A DNA stretch of 64,000 nt, from the NCBI GenBank assembly GCA_004297205.1, contig SCUL01000002.1:188594-252593 (forward strand), given 5' to 3'. Each line of letters opens with the position of its first letter. The stretch's first letter is position 1. The position numbers were made by a program, and so were the translations under genes. The DNA comes from Patescibacteria group bacterium (GTDB lineage: Bacteria; Patescibacteriota; Patescibacteriia; 2-12-FULL-57-11). Below are positions 62,457 to 64,000 of this stretch, piece after piece. The notes under the pieces were generated by a model. It saw only the letters and a program-made list of their open reading frames with translations, had not been told where the DNA came from and did no database searches.

Positions 62457-63260
62457 TCAGGCGGGAGGCTGGAGGCCCTGCATCCGGTGCAGCTCGTTAT
62501 TGAGTTCCTCCACCAGTTTCAGTATGCGCATCGGCGCACCGACCTTGTCGCCGAGCTGGATCAGCGCGCGGGTATCCTTGGGCAGGCACTTGCCGCCGTA
62601 GCCGCGGTAGCCTTTATGGAAGACGTCGAGGTGCGTGCGGCCGATGCGTTTATCCGCGGCCACGCTCTCCTTGACCACCTCGTAGTCGACGCCGAGCTTT
62701 TGGCACAGGTCGTACATCTGGTTGGCGAAGACCACCTTGGCGGAAAACCAGGTGTTGCCGAAATACTTGATCATCTCCGCGCCGGTGGCCGGCACGATCC
62801 GTTCGTACGGTGCGAGCGGCAACATCGCCATGACGTCGGCCGCGACGGTGAAACTTTTGTCGGTCGCACCGAGAATCTGGCGGTCCGGGAACGCCATGTC
62901 CTGGTCGGCGGTCATCTCCGTGAGGAACTCCGGATTGTACAGGATCTTGTGCTGCGGGAACTCCTCCTGGATCTTTACGGTCGAGCCCGGCATGACCGTG
63001 GACTTGATGACGACGATCTTCCCGGCGGCCAGATTTCCGATCGCCTCGCGCACCATGGAGAGGTCGAAGCCGCCCTTCGCCTCGTCATACGGCGTTGGCA
63101 CGCAAATGAAGACGATGTCGGCGCGGTTGACGTCGGCGACGGACCCCTCGTTCTTGCCGGAATCGTACACAAAAGGAACGTTGCCGATCTTTTCAAAATA
63201 GCGGCGGACGGCACCACCAACCATTCCGGTCCCCACGATGCCGATGGAAAACTTGGACAT
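62457..63260 (-). CDS. Short UDP-glucose/GDP-mannose dehydrogenase family protein
   Basis: GTGMVG, ICVPTP, KST, NPEFL, GYGGKCLPKD; no C-terminal UDP-binding domain. Confidence 0.88.
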   Translation of the reverse strand: MSKFSIGIVGTGMVGGAVRRYFEKIGNVPFVYDSGKNEGSVADVNRADIVFICVPTPYDEAKGGFDLSMVREAIGNLAAGKIVVIKSTVMPGSTVKIQEEFPQHKILYNPEFLTEMTADQDMAFPDRQILGATDKSFTVAADVMAMLPLAPYERIVPATGAEMIKYFGNTWFSAKVVFANQMYDLCQKLGVDYEVVKESVAADKRIGRTHLDVFHKGYRGYGGKCLPKDTRALIQLGDKVGAPMRILKLVEELNNELHRMQGLQPPA

Positions 63261-63380
63261 GCGCCCGTCTCACTGAAGAATAGAGGTTTATGGTGCCCGT
63301 GTGCGGCCGAATCGTCAAGCAGGTGCAGGTCTCCTGCCCGCTCCGCCGGGCGACCCCCTCCGCCGACGAGGAAAGCCGGG

Positions 63381-64000
63381 TTACGGACTCGACAGGGTCA
63401 GGGTTGCAAGAAGGGGCAGGTGGTCGGAGACGTCGTCCTGCAGGCACGCATGGTCGACGACCTGGACCCCGGGACCCACGAACACCATGTCCACCACCGC
63501 CGTGGCGAAAACGGGATCCGTTTTGCGTTTCATGTTGAACGTGCTCCGGAGTTCTCCGGCGAAGATGTGTCTGAGGTGCCGTTCGATCTGCCGGACCGTT
63601 TCCGTGTCCGGATTCACGTTGAAATCTCCCGCGAGAATGACGTTCCTTTCCCCGCGGACGCGCTCCGCGAGCGTCCGGCCCATGGCAATCCGCCGCTCGT
63701 TGTCACGGCCGTCTTCTCCCCAAATCCCCTGAGTGTTGAAAACGTTCGCCTCGACGCCGCCGGCATCCAATCGCACGTGCTGCACGTTGCGGGGCGTGAC
63801 CGGAAAGTTCTCCCGCACCCGGACACGGTCACCGAACGGAACGTCAAAAAAAATGACGTCGCTTTTCACGATCGGAAACCGCGACAGGACGGCGTTGCCC
63901 TGCGGAACCTTTCCCACGTCCGCGACCTCGAGAAAGGCCGGCGCGAAATGATCGTACGGGTACCGCAGTTCGTTCCGGAGGACGTCCATGCAGCGATAGT
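63381..64000 (-). CDS. Endonuclease/exonuclease/phosphatase family protein (5' partial)
   Basis: GNAVLSRFP, ILAGDFN, VDMVF, SDHLP. Confidence 0.88.
   Translation of the reverse strand, partial: YRCMDVLRNELRYPYDHFAPAFLEVADVGKVPQGNAVLSRFPIVKSDVIFFDVPFGDRVRVRENFPVTPRNVQHVRLDAGGVEANVFNTQGIWGEDGRDNERRIAMGRTLAERVRGERNVILAGDFNVNPDTETVRQIERHLRHIFAGELRSTFNMKRKTDPVFATAVVDMVFVGPGVQVVDHACLQDDVSDHLPLLATLTLSSP

Overview
High-GC (about 65%) bacterial chromosomal segment, mostly minus-strand genes, standard code (TGA is a stop). Gene content (PEGA and TSP3-like surface proteins, VKOR/thioredoxin pair, short UDP-glucose dehydrogenase, SD-less housekeeping genes) suggests a Patescibacteria/CPR genome; this is inference, as no marker gene is present. 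In order: MacAB-like ABC exporter, repeat-rich orphan, tRNA-Glu, class F sortase plus LPxTG-anchored DUF3494 ice-binding-type protein, two membrane Ser/Thr kinases sharing a 4-Cys C-terminal domain, murF/PBP/rarA/uppS, tRNA-Pro with an adjacent low-GC gene, a variant SAM-I riboswitch upstream of metF, an NrdR/DnaA-box-preceded nrdJ operon carrying probable B12 salvage genes, murA, a dTDP-rhamnose operon interrupted by four orphan/nucleotide-processing genes, and a large surface-glycosylation locus in which one gene holds three in-frame REP-like palindromes. No CRISPR, integrase, transposase or rRNA was seen. Family calls come from motif recognition, not database searches.
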